Both the position numbers and the translations under genes were made by a program. Positions 12,136-25,560 of a DNA stretch of 64,000 bases are shown here, in pieces. The stretch is from Podarcis liolepis (taxonomy: Eukaryota): the NCBI GenBank assembly GCA_965112155.1, contig OZ218102.1, one strand, 5' to 3'. The notes under the pieces were generated by a model, which did no database searches, was not told the origin of the DNA, and was given only the letters and a program-made list of their open reading frames with translations. Numbering within the stretch: the stretch's first letter is position 1; each line of letters begins with the position of its first letter.

Positions 12136-12600
12136 TCTGACTGTCTTTATGGGTGTTTATAGATATATTAAAGCAAAATTCAAAAATCTGTTAATTTTAT
12201 TATTATTATTATTGCTTTTAATTTTTATTGAATTTACTTGATAACATAACATTATTATAAATGGTCTTTTGAAGAAGAAAAAAGATTACAAAACAATGTC
12301 AGTTCAAAATACAATACAATTCACCATATACTCCTACATATATACACCTAAGACTTCCCACCCCACCCCCAATGCCTTTACCTTTTCTATTTTCCTGTTG
12401 TACAAAACTTGACATTAAACTAAGTATACTATCTTATAATTTCTTACTAATTTTTAGAACCTTTTCATTCATATATATAGAAATCATTCAAAAATCTGTT
12501 TAGCTGACCGAATCACCTAGAGAATGTCAGGCACATTGTGTACCAAATTCCAAAGAGTAATAGGATTGCTGATAGTATAGAGGCCAAGAAGCTAATAATA

Positions 12601-12815
12601 CAGTCGTACCTTGGATCCCGAACACCTTGGGACTCAAACGTTTTGGCTCCCGAACGCTGCAAACCCAGAAGTGAGTGTTTCGGTTTGCAAACGTTCTTTG
12701 GAACCCAAACGTCCAACACAGCTTCCACTTGGCTGCAGGAGCTTGGTTGTCAAACATTTTCGGAAGTCGAACGGACTTCCGGAATGGATTCCGTTTGACA
12801 ACCAAGGTACGACCA
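12601..12815. mobile_element. Tc1/mariner-type MITE
   Basis: ta|cagtcgtaccttgg...ccaaggtacgacca|ta. Confidence 0.65.
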
Positions 12816-13537
12816 TATATTGGACTGTTCCATTGAATTTGTAGGTTCGCTACATTTGGAATAATACGCTGTTCCATCACTGTTTCTATACTTTCCTTAC
12901 TATATTGTTATCTTGAAGTTACTGCTTTAGAGTGATAATGATACAGCATTTACCTATGTGATTAGCTAATGACATCCGGGCATATTTGACCATTATTGAA
13001 ACAGTTTTTACTGCCCCAGTTCATTATCATTTCATGCCTCTCCACCACCTGACACACATCTTGCTCCTTATCTGTTCGTAGAATTGCAGAATGGAAGGGG
13101 CCACAAAGGTCATCCAGCCCAGCCCCTTGCAATGCAGCCCCCAAAGGGGGGCTCAAGCTCAAGACCCTGAGAATAAGAGTCTTGTGTCCTACTGACTGAG
13201 CTATCCCAGCTCCATTGCTTTTAAAACAATCTTGAGCAGCCACTCTCTTGACATGATTTGGGGACCATCCTTTTTCACTCAAAAGAAGCAAACTCTTCCG
13301 TTTTGAGCAATTTCGTTGTGTGGTTCTTGCTACAGGTAGGGGTCTAGGTTTTGGCAAACAGAGCAAGACTTGGGGAGCTGGGGCAAGGTCTAGGCTGAGG
13401 TAAGGCAACAGTTGCAAGATTATATGGCACTGCTTCACCCAGGGATCCGGTTGAAGGGTGCACAAAGACAGAGTTTCAAATGTTTCAGCAGCAATAATCC
13501 TCTAACTGAGGTTTAAGCAGGACCTACCTTCTGTGAG

Positions 13538-13890
13538 AGACGCGAGTGGCACTGTGGGTTAAACCACAGAGCCTAGGACTTGCCGATCAGAAGGTCGGCG
13601 GTTCAAATCCCCGCGACGGAGTGAGCTCCCGTTGCTCGGTCCCTGCTCCTGCCAACTTAACAGTTCCAAAGTGTGTCAAAGTGCAAGTAGATAAATAGGA
13701 ACCACTCCGGCGGGAAGGTAAACAGTGTTTCCGTGCGCTGCTCTGGTTCACCAGAAGTGGCTTAGTCATGCTGGCCACATGACCCGGAAGTTGTACGCCG
13801 GCTCCCTCGGCCAATAAAGCAAGATGAGCGTCGCAACCCCAGAGTCGTCTACGACTGGACCTAATGATCAGGGGTCCCTTTACCTTTACC
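13538..13890 (+). mobile_element. Sauria SINE, near full length
   Basis: Typical body ending in (accttt)n; ttctgtgaga appears on both flanks. Confidence 0.8.
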
Positions 13891-15254
13891 TTCTGTGAGA
13901 GGATCCAAAAGAAAGCCACCCATTGAAGCCTGCACTTTCGCAATGCCGTTCTCTGGCCATGTAATGTGTGCAAAAATGGATATACTAAGGTAAAGCGGCC
14001 ATAGAAATGTTTGTCAGTGGAAAATAACATACAAATGTGCATTATATTAGGCACCAGCCCAGCCCTCGCCACTGATGCTGTCTGCTAGGCACGGGACATG
14101 GAGTGTTCACGGGGCTGCACTGCGCTGCTTGCCTGCCCACACAGCTGGAGCCTGGCCGGCCAAGACAACCCTTGGTGGATGCATCACCCTAACACTGGCC
14201 GGGCAGCCATTCAGCGAGGAGACCAAGGTTGTAGTGGCAAGGCCAGGCTGGGCTCCAGGGCCCAGAGACCCCTGGTGGCAGGCAAGGCAGAATGGGGGTC
14301 TCTGCATTGGGCATCTGCTGCACATGCCTCAGAATCATGCACCCAGGGCTACGCTCCCCCCATGTCCCCCAGGCTACAGCCCTGACTGGGATTCTGGTCT
14401 TTGTAGGGAACACATTTAAACCCACAACTCAAGGAAATTAATCTGCAAATATCAACCAAACCATCAGATCATATACATACACTTAATCTGAGGGGTTGTT
14501 ACTTTATGACAAACACAATGATCCAATTTAAGCATAATGCATAGCAATATCAGTATTTTCCCTTTTCATCCTCATGTGGCCTGTAAGACACCTGAGCATG
14601 ATTATGAACCATTGATAGGAATATCATTTACGTTGAAGAAGAAGCAACTAGGAAGAAGCAACAAGCAACTTTTTCTTTCTTGTTTCCCTTTGGAGCAGAA
14701 AGTTGCAACCACTGAAGAACATCAGTCTTTTCAGTTAGCAGGTGTAAAAGAAAATTCATGTAACTCCCAGGAAAAGAGTCAGAGGACCATGAGTAGGACA
14801 TGTTTGGCTCTTCTATTTCCTAAAAACAAAATGATAGAAACAGTTTTCCTTTTAAGATATGGGAAAGGGGCATTAATGAGGAACCAATAAGCATAGAAAA
14901 ATCCGCAGAAATAAAAAAATTACCCCCCCCAATAGTTTGGCACATAGAACGGTACAATATCACAGGGTGTAAATAATGATAAACAATTCTCCAGCCAGAA
15001 TGTAGCCATGGATAAGATTATCAATTTACAAAATCAAATAATGGTTAAAGAAAGGAATACTGTATTAAGATCAGGATAAGGCATGGCAGTTGGTTCTGGA
15101 AGGAAACACACCTGTATAAAGGCACCTTGTTTGTTACTTTTACAAGAGCTATTCATATACAAATCAGGGTGAAGGGGGAGAATAAGGAAAAGAATATCCA
15201 CTAAAGTCCCATGGAGTTCACTTTCGGAGGTGGGTGTTCAATAATAAACTAATA

Positions 15255-15488
15255 CAGTGGTACCTTGGGTTACAGACCCTTCAGGTTACAGACGCTTCAG
15301 GTTACAGACTCCACTAACTCAGAAATAGCACCTCGGGTTAAGAACTTTGCTTCAGGATGAGAACAGAAATCATGCAGCAGCAACAGCAGGAGGCCCCATT
15401 AGCTAAAATAGTACCTCAGGTTAAGAACAGTTTCAGGTTGAGAACAGACCTCCAGAACGAATTAAGTTCTTAACCCAAGGTACCACTG
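15255..15488. mobile_element. Tc1/mariner-type MITE
   Basis: TA-flanked, TIRs cagtggtacct...aggtaccactg. Confidence 0.85.
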
Positions 15489-17627
15489 TACAGCAAACAA
15501 TGGTTACAGCAGGGAAACCTCCCAACACAGACACGAAGAGAACAGCATTTCTTATTGATCGCAAAATAATAATAATATTCTGGGCGCTCAACCCTCTTTC
15601 TGCTCTTTCAACTTTTCAGCTTAACAGCTTATAAATGATTTTTAAGAGAACATATATGCCCTTGGCCAGCATTGGGAAAAGAGGTTTTCCAGCTTTTATC
15701 GGATCACAATGAATTTAAACCTTTTGTAAATTTTCAGAATTGATACATGCAGAATACTTTCCCATGAATTTTTGGAATTTTGACTCTCAGAAGGCATTTT
15801 TGTGGTATTTTCAGAATTCCAACCCTCAGATCATTTTTATTTTATTTTTTTACAAGAGAATAGATTAACAGTGTACATATTGTGCATATTCACATATTTT
15901 AGATGATATTAGAAAGGGGAGGGGGTACAATTGTTCACTTTATACAGTAAAGCTCTTAGAGATCTTGAATTTTTTGTTTCAAAAAGTGCAAAATGTTAGG
16001 AAACAGTAAGCATGGCATAAAATAATCAAAACATTCCAAAGATCACATTGGGATAGAGGAAATACATGTGAACTGTGCATCCTCATTACAAACTTTTGAA
16101 AGAATGTTATCTACAAAAGCCAAGCATATAGTATGTATGACAACATACTTATAAAATTAGCACAACCTTTAAACTTTAGAAAGAGTCAGTCTAAACAAAG
16201 AAAATCTGGAATATCAAGATGTTTGGTCTAACATACCTGTCCAAAACGTACAGCAAACAGAAGGTAGTCTAGGTTCTTTGGACGAGGAATTAATGAAAGA
16301 AATGGAGACCAGTTATCATAAAAACCATATTTGGTAATGTCACCTCTGACTACTATAGCACTGTTGTGTTAGTTTGCCTACAAGTGCAAATGCTATCCAA
16401 ATGCTATCATACCAGTTTTACACAGTTAAAAATCTCTTCTCCATAAGAATGTGATCAGTATCTGGGCCGCTCCCAGGAAATGGATTTTAATTAATCACTT
16501 AAATAAAATACATTTATTTGCTCCTCAAAATAATGATAACAAGGTCAAGCCTGGGTCTTTAACCACTGTAAAATTCAGAATTTTAGAAATCACACAGAAT
16601 ACATCATCTCAATACTTGCTTACTGCCTGACACTCCCACTATAAGTGACTATAAGTCCCATTAGTGGAGCACCCCCAAGACAGAAAACCAAGCCACAAAT
16701 ATTATGTGCTTGCTACCACCAGTGGATTGATTTAAGTAATTGCTCCTTAACAAGTACTGTAAATTGTTCAGTAATGAGTTAACAATTTGTTTTGAATTGT
16801 TTACTTTGAGGTGGCAAGCTCCATTGTTCTCTGCATGTATTTTACCACCACTGGACAATACTTCCTTTGTGTTTCGCTTTCTTGGATTAACAGCGTCTAT
16901 AGCAGGAACCCGGAAACCATGCTCTTGAGAAGTCCCACTTGAAAGCAACAGACCTGCTTTGATAGTTTGACGATCGTGAAGCAAAATATTTATGGTTAAA
17001 ATGCTTTGCATAAGAAACATGAGCTCTTGTTACATAACCCTTGGTCTATAAATGGAATCCTGAATGCCTCCTAAATTAGTCTTGCTAAGACTTTTGTGGA
17101 ACAAAACGGAAATTACAAAGGGACTGGACTTTTGATATGAACTCCAAACATGGACCAAACAAAGAATCCTAACAGGTATAAATGATTGTATATTATTCTT
17201 TCAGTGTGCTAAAATCAACAGGGACTTATTGGACCGAAATAGTCTAAATGCATTTGATTACTGTATAGATTAGCAAAATGCTTGTGATTATAACGGGAGT
17301 GAAGGGAAGGTGGAAACAGGTACCATATATTGCAGGGCCCCCAGGAGGCTGTGCTATATTTCTTGGTACTCTTTTTGTACAAGGAGGGTCCTACTGTGCT
17401 CAGTGGAACTTAGTCCCATGCAAGCATGCATAGGAGTTGCAGCCAGGCCCCAGATAGGGCAGCATTTCACCATCACTTCAGCAATTCCCCGAGATGCAGA
17501 AGTTAGGCTTTTTTGCATAGGAAGGAATCACACCCATTCACTTGGGATTAGAGAAAGTATACATCTGTATTCTGTAGGGTGGCCAGATGCAACAGATGAC
17601 AGGGCTTCCTCACCTTTGTGTTGCTGA

Positions 17628-18420
17628 TGTTGTTGTTTAGTCGTTTAGTCGTGTCCGACTCTTCATGACCCCATGGACCAGAGCACGCCAGGCACTCCTG
17701 TCTTCCACTGCCTCCTGCAGTTTGGTCAAACTCATGCTGGTAGCTTCGAGAACACTATCCAACCATCTCATCCTCTGTCGTCCCCTTCTCCTTGTACCCT
17801 CCATCTTTCCCAACATCAGGGTCTTTTCCAGGAAGTCTTCTCTTCTCATGAGGTGGCCAAAGTATTGGAGTCTCAGCTTCAGGATCTGTCTTTCCAGTGA
17901 GCACTCAGGGCTGATTTCCTTCAGAATGGAGAGGTTTGATCTTCTTGCAGTCCATGGGACTCTCAAGAGTCTCCTCCAGCACCATAATTCAAAAGCATCA
18001 ATTCTTCGGCGATCAGCCTTCTTTATGGTCCAGCTCTCACTTCCATACATCACTACTGGGAAAACCATAGCTTTAACTATACGGACCTTTGTTGGCAAGG
18101 TGATGCCTCTGCTTTTTAAGATGCTGTCTAGGTTTGTCATTGCTTTTCTCCCAAGAAGCAGGCGTCTTTTAATTTTGTGGTTGCTGTCACCATCTGCAGT
18201 GATCATGGAGCCCAAGAAAGTAAAATCTCTCACTGCCTCCATTTCTTCCCCTTCTTTTTGCCAGGAGGTGATGGGACCAGTGGCCATGATCTTCGTTTTT
18301 TTGATTTTGAGCTTCAAACCATATTTTGCACTCTCCTCTTTCACCCTCATTAAAAGGTTCTTTAATTCCTCCTCACTTTCTGCCATCAAGGTTGTGTCAT
18401 CTGCATACCTGAGGTTGTTG
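17628..18420 (-). mobile_element. RTE-BovB LINE, 5'-truncated (RT C-terminal half)
   Basis: INNLRYADDTTLMAESEEEL...LELWCWRR-type motifs (FELWCWRRLLRVPWTARRSN), with a (CAA)n-like tail. Confidence 0.92.
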
Positions 18421-19405
18421 ATAGCTGATAGGGGCATGCAATTTACACTTCCTGAAATCCCCACTTTTGCACGACTATTAAAACTACAGGAGCCCAGCCC
18501 TCTTTTGCAGCTGACCATGCTAGCACCCAGGGACAAGAATGGGGTAGGAAGTAAACCCTTATTGCTAGTGATAATAGTTTCTTGTAGGACAGCATGATTT
18601 CTCTGGGGGTGGGGGGTGGGTGGGAATCACAGCCTGTTTGCTTTGATACACAGAACTCAAAGGATGCAATTGGGAGATTTCAGGATCCAAAACTTGGGCA
18701 TCGCTGACGAAAGCAGCGATGCATATTACAGATACTTAGAATTTTATTTTCTTTATCCAAACCTTACCATGTAAAGGCTGTAGAAAACAGGTGGCACAAG
18801 TTATAACATGACTGGCACAACAGGCTGGTGTACTATGGTGCTGAAACTGCACACCTCGCCTGACTCAGCAATGAATTAATTCTTTGCGGTACTTCCTGTT
18901 TGTGCCACACGTAAGGACCTTTGGGCTCTTGTTCTAATCTTTGGGTCACCAACTTGCTCTTTTGTAAGGTCCCAGTTTCCCCTAGTTCTCCCCTTTCAAC
19001 AGGGCATCAAGCAATGTTTGCTGAACCTTGTCTTTCCAGATCAGAACCTGAAATCACAATCCTGAAAATCCATATCTGTTCCGATTCTCTGTCAAATATT
19101 GTCCATCTCCTTCTTAAAATCAGAAGCTGCTAATTAGGATAAAGGTCACACCCACACCATAAATTTAAAGCACATTTAGAGCACACATCTCTAAAAAAGA
19201 ATTGTGGGAACTGTAGTTTCTTAACAGTGTTGGGAACTTTGCTCTGTGGGTGACAGTCTACTGTTTCCAGGATTCTTTGGGGGAAACCATGTGCTGGAAA
19301 TGTGCTTTCAGTGTATGGTATGCATGTGACCAGAGTTTAAGTTGTCTTCTTTTCTAATGACGTTGTGCTTGTTTCTGTCCTCACTTTAGACCATACATCC
19401 AGACA

Positions 19406-19571
19406 ATGCTGATACTTCTAATACTTTCTCCATTGGTAAGGGGAGCATCTCTGCAGAGAACCACCAGCTCTGCTCCAAGGCTTTTTCTGCCAGGATGGGT
19501 TCCTAATGCTTGTACATTAGTTATATGTGCATCTGCTGAGACCAGACCAAAAGGAGAAGAGGGAGATCAAG
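19406..19571 (+). CDS. Collectin gene 3 (SP-D-like), coding exon 1
   Basis: Acceptor tttag at 19389. MLILLILSPLVRGASL...VPNACTLVICASAETRPKGEEGDQ resembles the SP-D N-terminal ACTLVMC motif. Donor g|gtacca. Confidence 0.82.
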
Positions 19572-19911
19572 GTACCAGAACATTTATGGGGAGGGTGTAC
19601 TCTCTTTTTGTGCACTTTGGGGTAAATATGGGGTAAATAACTTCTATATAAGCTTGATCCACTCTGTTCTCATACACAAGCTTGGAGCAAGTATGTGTGG
19701 GCTCTTTTTTTTTTGCCAACAACAATAGATCAAAGCCCCTGTGACAGGAAATGGGGGACAGGGCAGCTTCCTGTTCCTTATAGCAGCAATGTCAGGGAGA
19801 ACTATTTTATGGTAATATAGCATTTCATAAGGCTAGAATATCTAACTACTGTAATTTAGGTAAACCACAGGCTACTTCATCACATGCACTAAAATAAAAC
19901 AAAGACACATA

Positions 19912-20240
19912 AAGGTAAAGGGACCCCTGACCATTAGGTCCAGTCGTGACCGACTCTGGGGTTGTGGCGCTCATCTCGCTTTATTGGCCAAGGGAGCTGG
20001 CGTACAGCTTCCAGGTCATGTGGCCAGCATGACTAAGCCACTTCTGGCGAACCAGAGCAGTGCACGGAAACGCCATTTACCTTCCTGCCGGAGCGGTACC
20101 TATCTATCTACTTGCACTTTGACATGCTTTCGAACTCCTAGGTTGGCAGGAGCAGGGACCGAGCAATGGGAGCTCGCCCCGTCGTGGGGATTCGAACTGC
20201 TGACCTTCTGATCGGCAAGCCCTAGGCTCTGTGGTGTAGT
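19912..20240 (-). mobile_element. Sauria SINE in gene 3 intron, flanked by a 63-bp direct repeat
   Basis: Reverse complement of the 13538 copy; flanks 19849-19911 and 20245-20307. Confidence 0.85.
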
Positions 20241-21073
20241 GCTTCTGTAATTTAGGTAAACCACAGGCTACTTCATCACATGCACTAAAATCAGACAAAG
20301 ACACATATAGCAGATCAAATAAGCGAAAAGCTCCTGCCACAATGCTCAAGCTGGTGTTGAACATGCTACAGAAGGATTGAGGGACTTGCAGCCCACTGAT
20401 TAAATGCAACCCACCAGTCTTCTCAGTCCATCTTGCCAGGCCCTACCCATGTCCTGCCACTCACCCTGTTCTGTGCACTCGAGTGTCCTTTGCTCAGGCT
20501 AGCAAAGGGTACCAGGCTTCTGATATTGGACTGGGGAAGCCAAGGGATAGCTGGATAGTTGGTAGCTATTCCAACTGATGGATTGCTCCATTGGTTAGAG
20601 CATGGTGCTGATAACGCCAGCTTTGCAAGTTTGATCCCCAATATGAGACATATTCCCGCATTGCAGGGGGTTGGTCCTCAGGGTCCCTTCCAACTCTTCT
20701 GTGATCTATGAACACTGCACCAATCTGCTTTCTTGGTGGCTGGTACTGGAGCCAATCAGACTGGCAAAGCAGGAAGAGGCTGGTCTGCTTCACAGCTCCC
20801 TACATCTCTGTGGCCCTTCCACAGATAGAATAATAAATGCCTGAATATGGAGGACTATGGTATCAGCACTTAACTAACGGACAATAGTATAGGAGCCAAA
20901 GAACTCTGAGGCACAATTCTCAAGTAAAATCTCATTGGAGACAAGGTGACTGTTCTGACAAAAGAGTGTGGAGTACTGCCTACGTAACCTCAAATGATAG
21001 GCACTATAAAACAGAGTTGTTGTTGTTGTTTTTAAGTCGCATATCAGTTAACTGATTTGGGTCTTCTTTATAG

Positions 21074-21190
21074 GATTACCAATACCCCAAGGACTACAGG
21101 GTCCAGCAGGACCAACTGGCATTCCTGGTTCAGAAGGAGATAAAGGCTCTATAGGTGGAAAGGGATCAAGTGGAATCAGTAATCTTCCAG
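21074..21190 (+). CDS. Collectin gene 3, collagen exon (117 nt)
   Basis: ttatag| GLPIPQGLQGPAGPTGIPGSEGDKGSIGGKGSSGISNLP |gtaaaa. 117 nt is the typical collectin collagen exon size. Not in the ORF track. Confidence 0.85.
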
Positions 21191-22149
21191 GTAAAAGCTG
21201 TTGTTGTCAGTTATTATTATTATTGTCATCAGCAACAACACAGCTAGGCACTGTACAAAAATAAAAAAATAATGAGCCCTACCAGAGATTTATAATCTAA
21301 AGGGGGGGGGGCTAAACTTTTTTTCCCTCGATGTACAAAGTACCAGGAGGACAAAGATGATGACAACAATTCATTCTGCTCTTTTTCAGTCTACAAAGCA
21401 ATTGACACCATTTTGCTCATTTATTATCAGAATAACCCAGTGAGGTAATCAAGGGTGAGAGCTAGTAGTCCATCCAATATGAATTGCATTGTTTGACCTC
21501 CTTATGTTTTTATTTGGTCAAAGTGAAATGTGTCACTGTATAACACATAACTGGCACATAATCAGCAAGAAAAGTATTAACATAATTACAATTGCTCCAA
21601 TCAAATAGATTGGAAGAAAGTGTTTTCTTCTACAATGTGCAAGTATATTGAGGATCGAATTTCAAAACTGCCTCATATTGAGATTAGCAAAAAAAGTGAT
21701 ACAAAGACTTGAAGTTTAGGCCGAAAGTCCACAGACACTTCTCAAAGTCAAGAAGTGAGGAAGAAATATATCCCTTTGGTTTCTGGGCCAGTCATGACTC
21801 CATGAGGAAAGATGCTCTCTCCTTCTGAATCAACTCTCTTCCTCTAAAAAATAAAATGCCTCTGTATGGTTTCTACCATTGCTATTTTTCTTGAAAAAGA
21901 AGTGTCAGAACTCACCATGAACGCCTCCCTTGTTCTCTTATATTGGCAATGGCACTCACCTGAGAGGTATTGGAACTGAGTTCCCGCAAGTTCCCGCAAG
22001 TTCCAGCTGGGGGGGGGGAGCCCTGATTACTACTAATCTGGTGTGCACATGTGGACATTTCTCAGGGGTTCTGGAGGGCAGTTGTCAGCTTTCTTCCCCC
22101 GATGTGGTGATGTCAGTGTGTGCAAAAAGAGAAGCCACGTCCAAATACT

Positions 22150-22446
22150 GACCACCCCTATTGTTCTACCCGGACACTGAGGTCCAGTGCCGAGGGCCTT
22201 CTGGCAGTTCCCTCGCTGCGAGAAGCCAAGTTACAGGGAACCAGGCAGAGGGTTTTCTTGGTAGTGGCGCCTTCCCTGCGGAACGACCTACCACCAGATG
22301 TCAAAGAGAACAACAACTACCAGACTTTTAGATGCCATCTGTTTAGGGAAGCTTTTAATGTTTAATAAACTATTGTATTTTAATATTCTGTTGGAAGCCG
22401 CCCAGAATGGCTGGGGAAACCCAGCCAGATGGGTGAGGTATAAATA

Positions 22447-22487
<41 letters not shown>
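22150..22487 (+). mobile_element. L2/CR1-clade LINE 3' fragment with (ATT)n tail (related copies about 32560-32945 minus, 49770-50200 plus)
   Basis: Peptide TLRSSAEGLLAVP...QGTRQR(A/V)F..VAP is shared by the three copies. Confidence 0.75.
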
Positions 22488-23264
22488 GTGCAATCTTAAG
22501 AGCCAACACACAGGGCTACTGGTCCTTAGACAGGAGCACTTTCTGAGCTCTGGGAGAAAAGAAACTCCACAGCAGACCCTGTCCCAATCCTAAGAGGAAA
22601 ACCTCTTGGCAGTTTTTCTGAGTCCTCTCCCTTCCCCTTTCCCCAGAGGGCTTCAGCTGGACCTACTATTGTCCTGTTGCAAGGCAAAAACTTGCATAGC
22701 CTCTCCACAAAAACCTCTTTCTCTTCCCAAAGTTGGCCGCACAAATCTGTCACTTGCAATTATTAACATGAGGTTATTTTAATTCCATCTCCAAACAAGA
22801 GGGCATTTAGTTCAACTCGCCATCCAGGAAGTTAACAAAATTTGCACCTGAAGAAAAATTTCCAAGTGAACCAGCCAAGATAAGTGAGCTCAGAAACTAT
22901 TTGTATTACATTTCCTTCCTACAGAAGGCAGAACAGGAGAGAAATACTGAACATTGGAAAACAGAATAGCTATTGTTTCTGTTGGCAAATGCCCTTCGAC
23001 TTCTTTAAAGAGGAGGAAGTTTATTCTGCTTCTTGTGTACAGTAAAAAAATATTTGAATAACCTAAAAGAATGAGCAACTGAGGACCACTTGGCACATTA
23101 TAGTTTTACAGTAGGTGCACTGTTCTCAAATGAGGGACTCTGTGCCAGCTCTGTAGCTACATGAAAGCTTGGCCATAGATTGTTATCCATACATATTTTG
23201 AAAAAGTTCACTTCCGGAATTTGCAGTTGATCAAGAAATCTAATGCAACTATTTTCTCATTCAG

Positions 23265-23348
23265 AGCTGGAAAGCCTTAAAACACAAATAAGGGGCTTGG
23301 AAACAGAGTTGGAGGGTTTGAAATCTGCCATCACCAAAACTCAAAAAG
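23265..23348 (+). CDS. Collectin gene 3, neck exon (84 nt)
   Basis: ttcag| ELESLKTQIRGLETELEGLKSAITKTQK |gtaaga; clearly paralogous to the gene 2 neck exon. Confidence 0.88.
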
Positions 23349-23884
23349 GTAAGAAAGGGAAATTATTGCTTGCTTTTGTTCAAATAGGCTGATATAGCTT
23401 CAAGTTGACTATTTCCCCCCAAAATATTTTATTAAAGTTTTCACGATACAGTAAAATAATACCTAGAACAAATAGGATCAGAAAGACAAAATTAAAAGAG
23501 AAAAGAACAAGAGAAGTTAAAGGGGAAAAGATGAACCAGATAGATAAGAACATTAATAATATCAATTATCATAATCATAATAAAAAATAAAATTATATAT
23601 CTATCATAATTATACCTTAATCTTCACCTACAAAGTGAGTCTTCTCAGCTCTTGCCATCTCAAGTTTACTATTGATGCAATTTGAGTTCACAAAAGTGAT
23701 GGGGAACCCGTGGCCGATGGCCATCCATACGTTGTGCAACCACTACTCCCATCCTCTCCTCTGCTTTAAACCACACTGAGAACCATTCTCCTTCCACTGA
23801 AATATAAAATGCTGCCCGTACCATCAATGCACCTGGAGTTTTACAGTATTAGATTGAAAGCCTTGCAATCCTGTCTCTTTCTAG

Positions 23885-24258
23885 TTCTCCTTGCCCCCAA
23901 CGGCGTGATGGTTGGTGAGAAGGTATTCAAAACAGATGGATCCAGAGGTGATTATGATGCTGCGCGTGAGACCTGCTTGCGCATGGGTGGCGCACTTGCC
24001 TCCCCAAGGAATGTGGCAGAGAACAGCGCCCTGCAAAAAATAGTGACCTGGTATAATAGAAGAGCAGTCCTTGGGATCAATGACATGGCGACAGAAGGCA
24101 GGTTTGAGTACCTGAATGGCGACGTCATTGGGTACTCTAACTGGGCCCCAGGAGAACCAAATAATCTTGGCAACGAGGACTGTGTAGAAATGCATCAAGA
24201 TGGCAAATGGCATGACAGAGGCTGCATACTTGAGTGGTTAGTCATTTGTGAATTCTAA
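23885..24258 (+). CDS. Collectin gene 3, CRD exon (EPN / WHD)
   Basis: ttctag| VLLAPNGVMVGEKVFKTDG...EPNNLGNEDC...WHDRGC...ICEF*. Spliced CDS is 741 nt in frame. Confidence 0.9.
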
Positions 24259-24959
24259 AATCAGGAGGTGCAGGGGTGGCCATGTTTGTGAGGTGAAGGA
24301 ATAGTTTGTTCTAATTCTTTCAAAATTCAGTACCCCTCTAGCTTGAACAGTAAGTTGTGCAAGTGATATTCAAGATGCTACTTTCCTTTACCTGACTGTG
24401 TGCAGAAAGAATACGGCAAATTTAATGTGAGGCTTGTGATTTCTAGTAAAGCATGTCCAAGAATAAAAAATACATGCTATGAGTACACAGACATTCAGGC
24501 AACATCCATCCCCATGGTAACAACAAGGAAACTACACTGGAACGCCCACATGCCCTTTCAACCAGTCCCAAAAATGCAAAACTGCCATTTTCTTCTCTAT
24601 AGCCCAATTCAAGGAATTGTTCCTCACCTGCACAAGAACATATAACAAAGGCTACTCCAGCTCAGACCATGGCGTAACTTCATAAGGCGCTCAAGGAATC
24701 ATACCAGTGATTCTAGTATTCAGATTCAGGAACGTTGCTCTCTGTGCCAGCACAGGAGCTTGCTGAAGAAAGAAATAGCAGAGCAACAACACTCACCATC
24801 ATTTCAGGTGGTCAGCGGTAATTGAAGCTACCAACACAAGAGGCCAAAAGACTTCCAGTTGATCCCATAAGGCTACTGACTCTGACATTTCTTCCAGGTT
24901 TGTGATATTTGTTTCTCGGACATAGGTTGGGTTGTTCCAGAACTAGCTATCTCTTGTTG

Positions 24960-24960
<1 letters not shown>

Positions 24961-25009
<49 letters not shown>

Positions 25010-25560
25010 TTTCTTCCTTTCTTCCTTTCTTCCTTTCTTCCTTTCTTTCTTTCAAATAATTTTTATTGGAATTTTATTTACAACATAACATAACCCCCCC
25101 ACCCCCCAATACACAATCCACCCTCTTTAAACGTGAACATAACATACAGTGAGCATAACATACAATACAAACAACGAAATAAAAGACTTCCTTTATCCTG
25201 TACCTGGCCTCCTTATTCACGTCTTATAAACTGTTTCCTTTATGAATAATTATTAAGATTTTTCTAATTATAACTTAAATATCCACAAAGTCTCCTGCAG
25301 ACATTAATCGAAACAAGTCCAGGTATGTATTTTGGGGCACTGTTTTGTGAAGTATTCTCTGCATTTCCCCCATGCTTTTTGAAACTCTTATCTAGTGTGA
25401 TCTCTAATTGCCTCTGTTAATCTAGCCAGTTCAATATACCCTAACAGTTTGTCTTGCCATTCTTTTTTTGTTGACACAGTTTCTTTTTTCCAGTTTTTAG
25501 CAATTAGGATCCTTGCCGCTCCTGTGGCATAGAGGAATATTTTCTGATTCTTGTTGTCTT
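24961..25560 (-). mobile_element. L1/Tx1-like LINE 3' fragment with (CTTT)n/(CCTT)n microsatellite
   Basis: KIFLYATGAARILIAKNWKKE...LARLTE resembles the squamate L1 ORF2 C-terminus. Confidence 0.6.

Noticed and set aside
17665-18597. 310-aa plus-strand ORF
   Set aside because: It is the antisense shadow of the BovB reverse transcriptase ORF.
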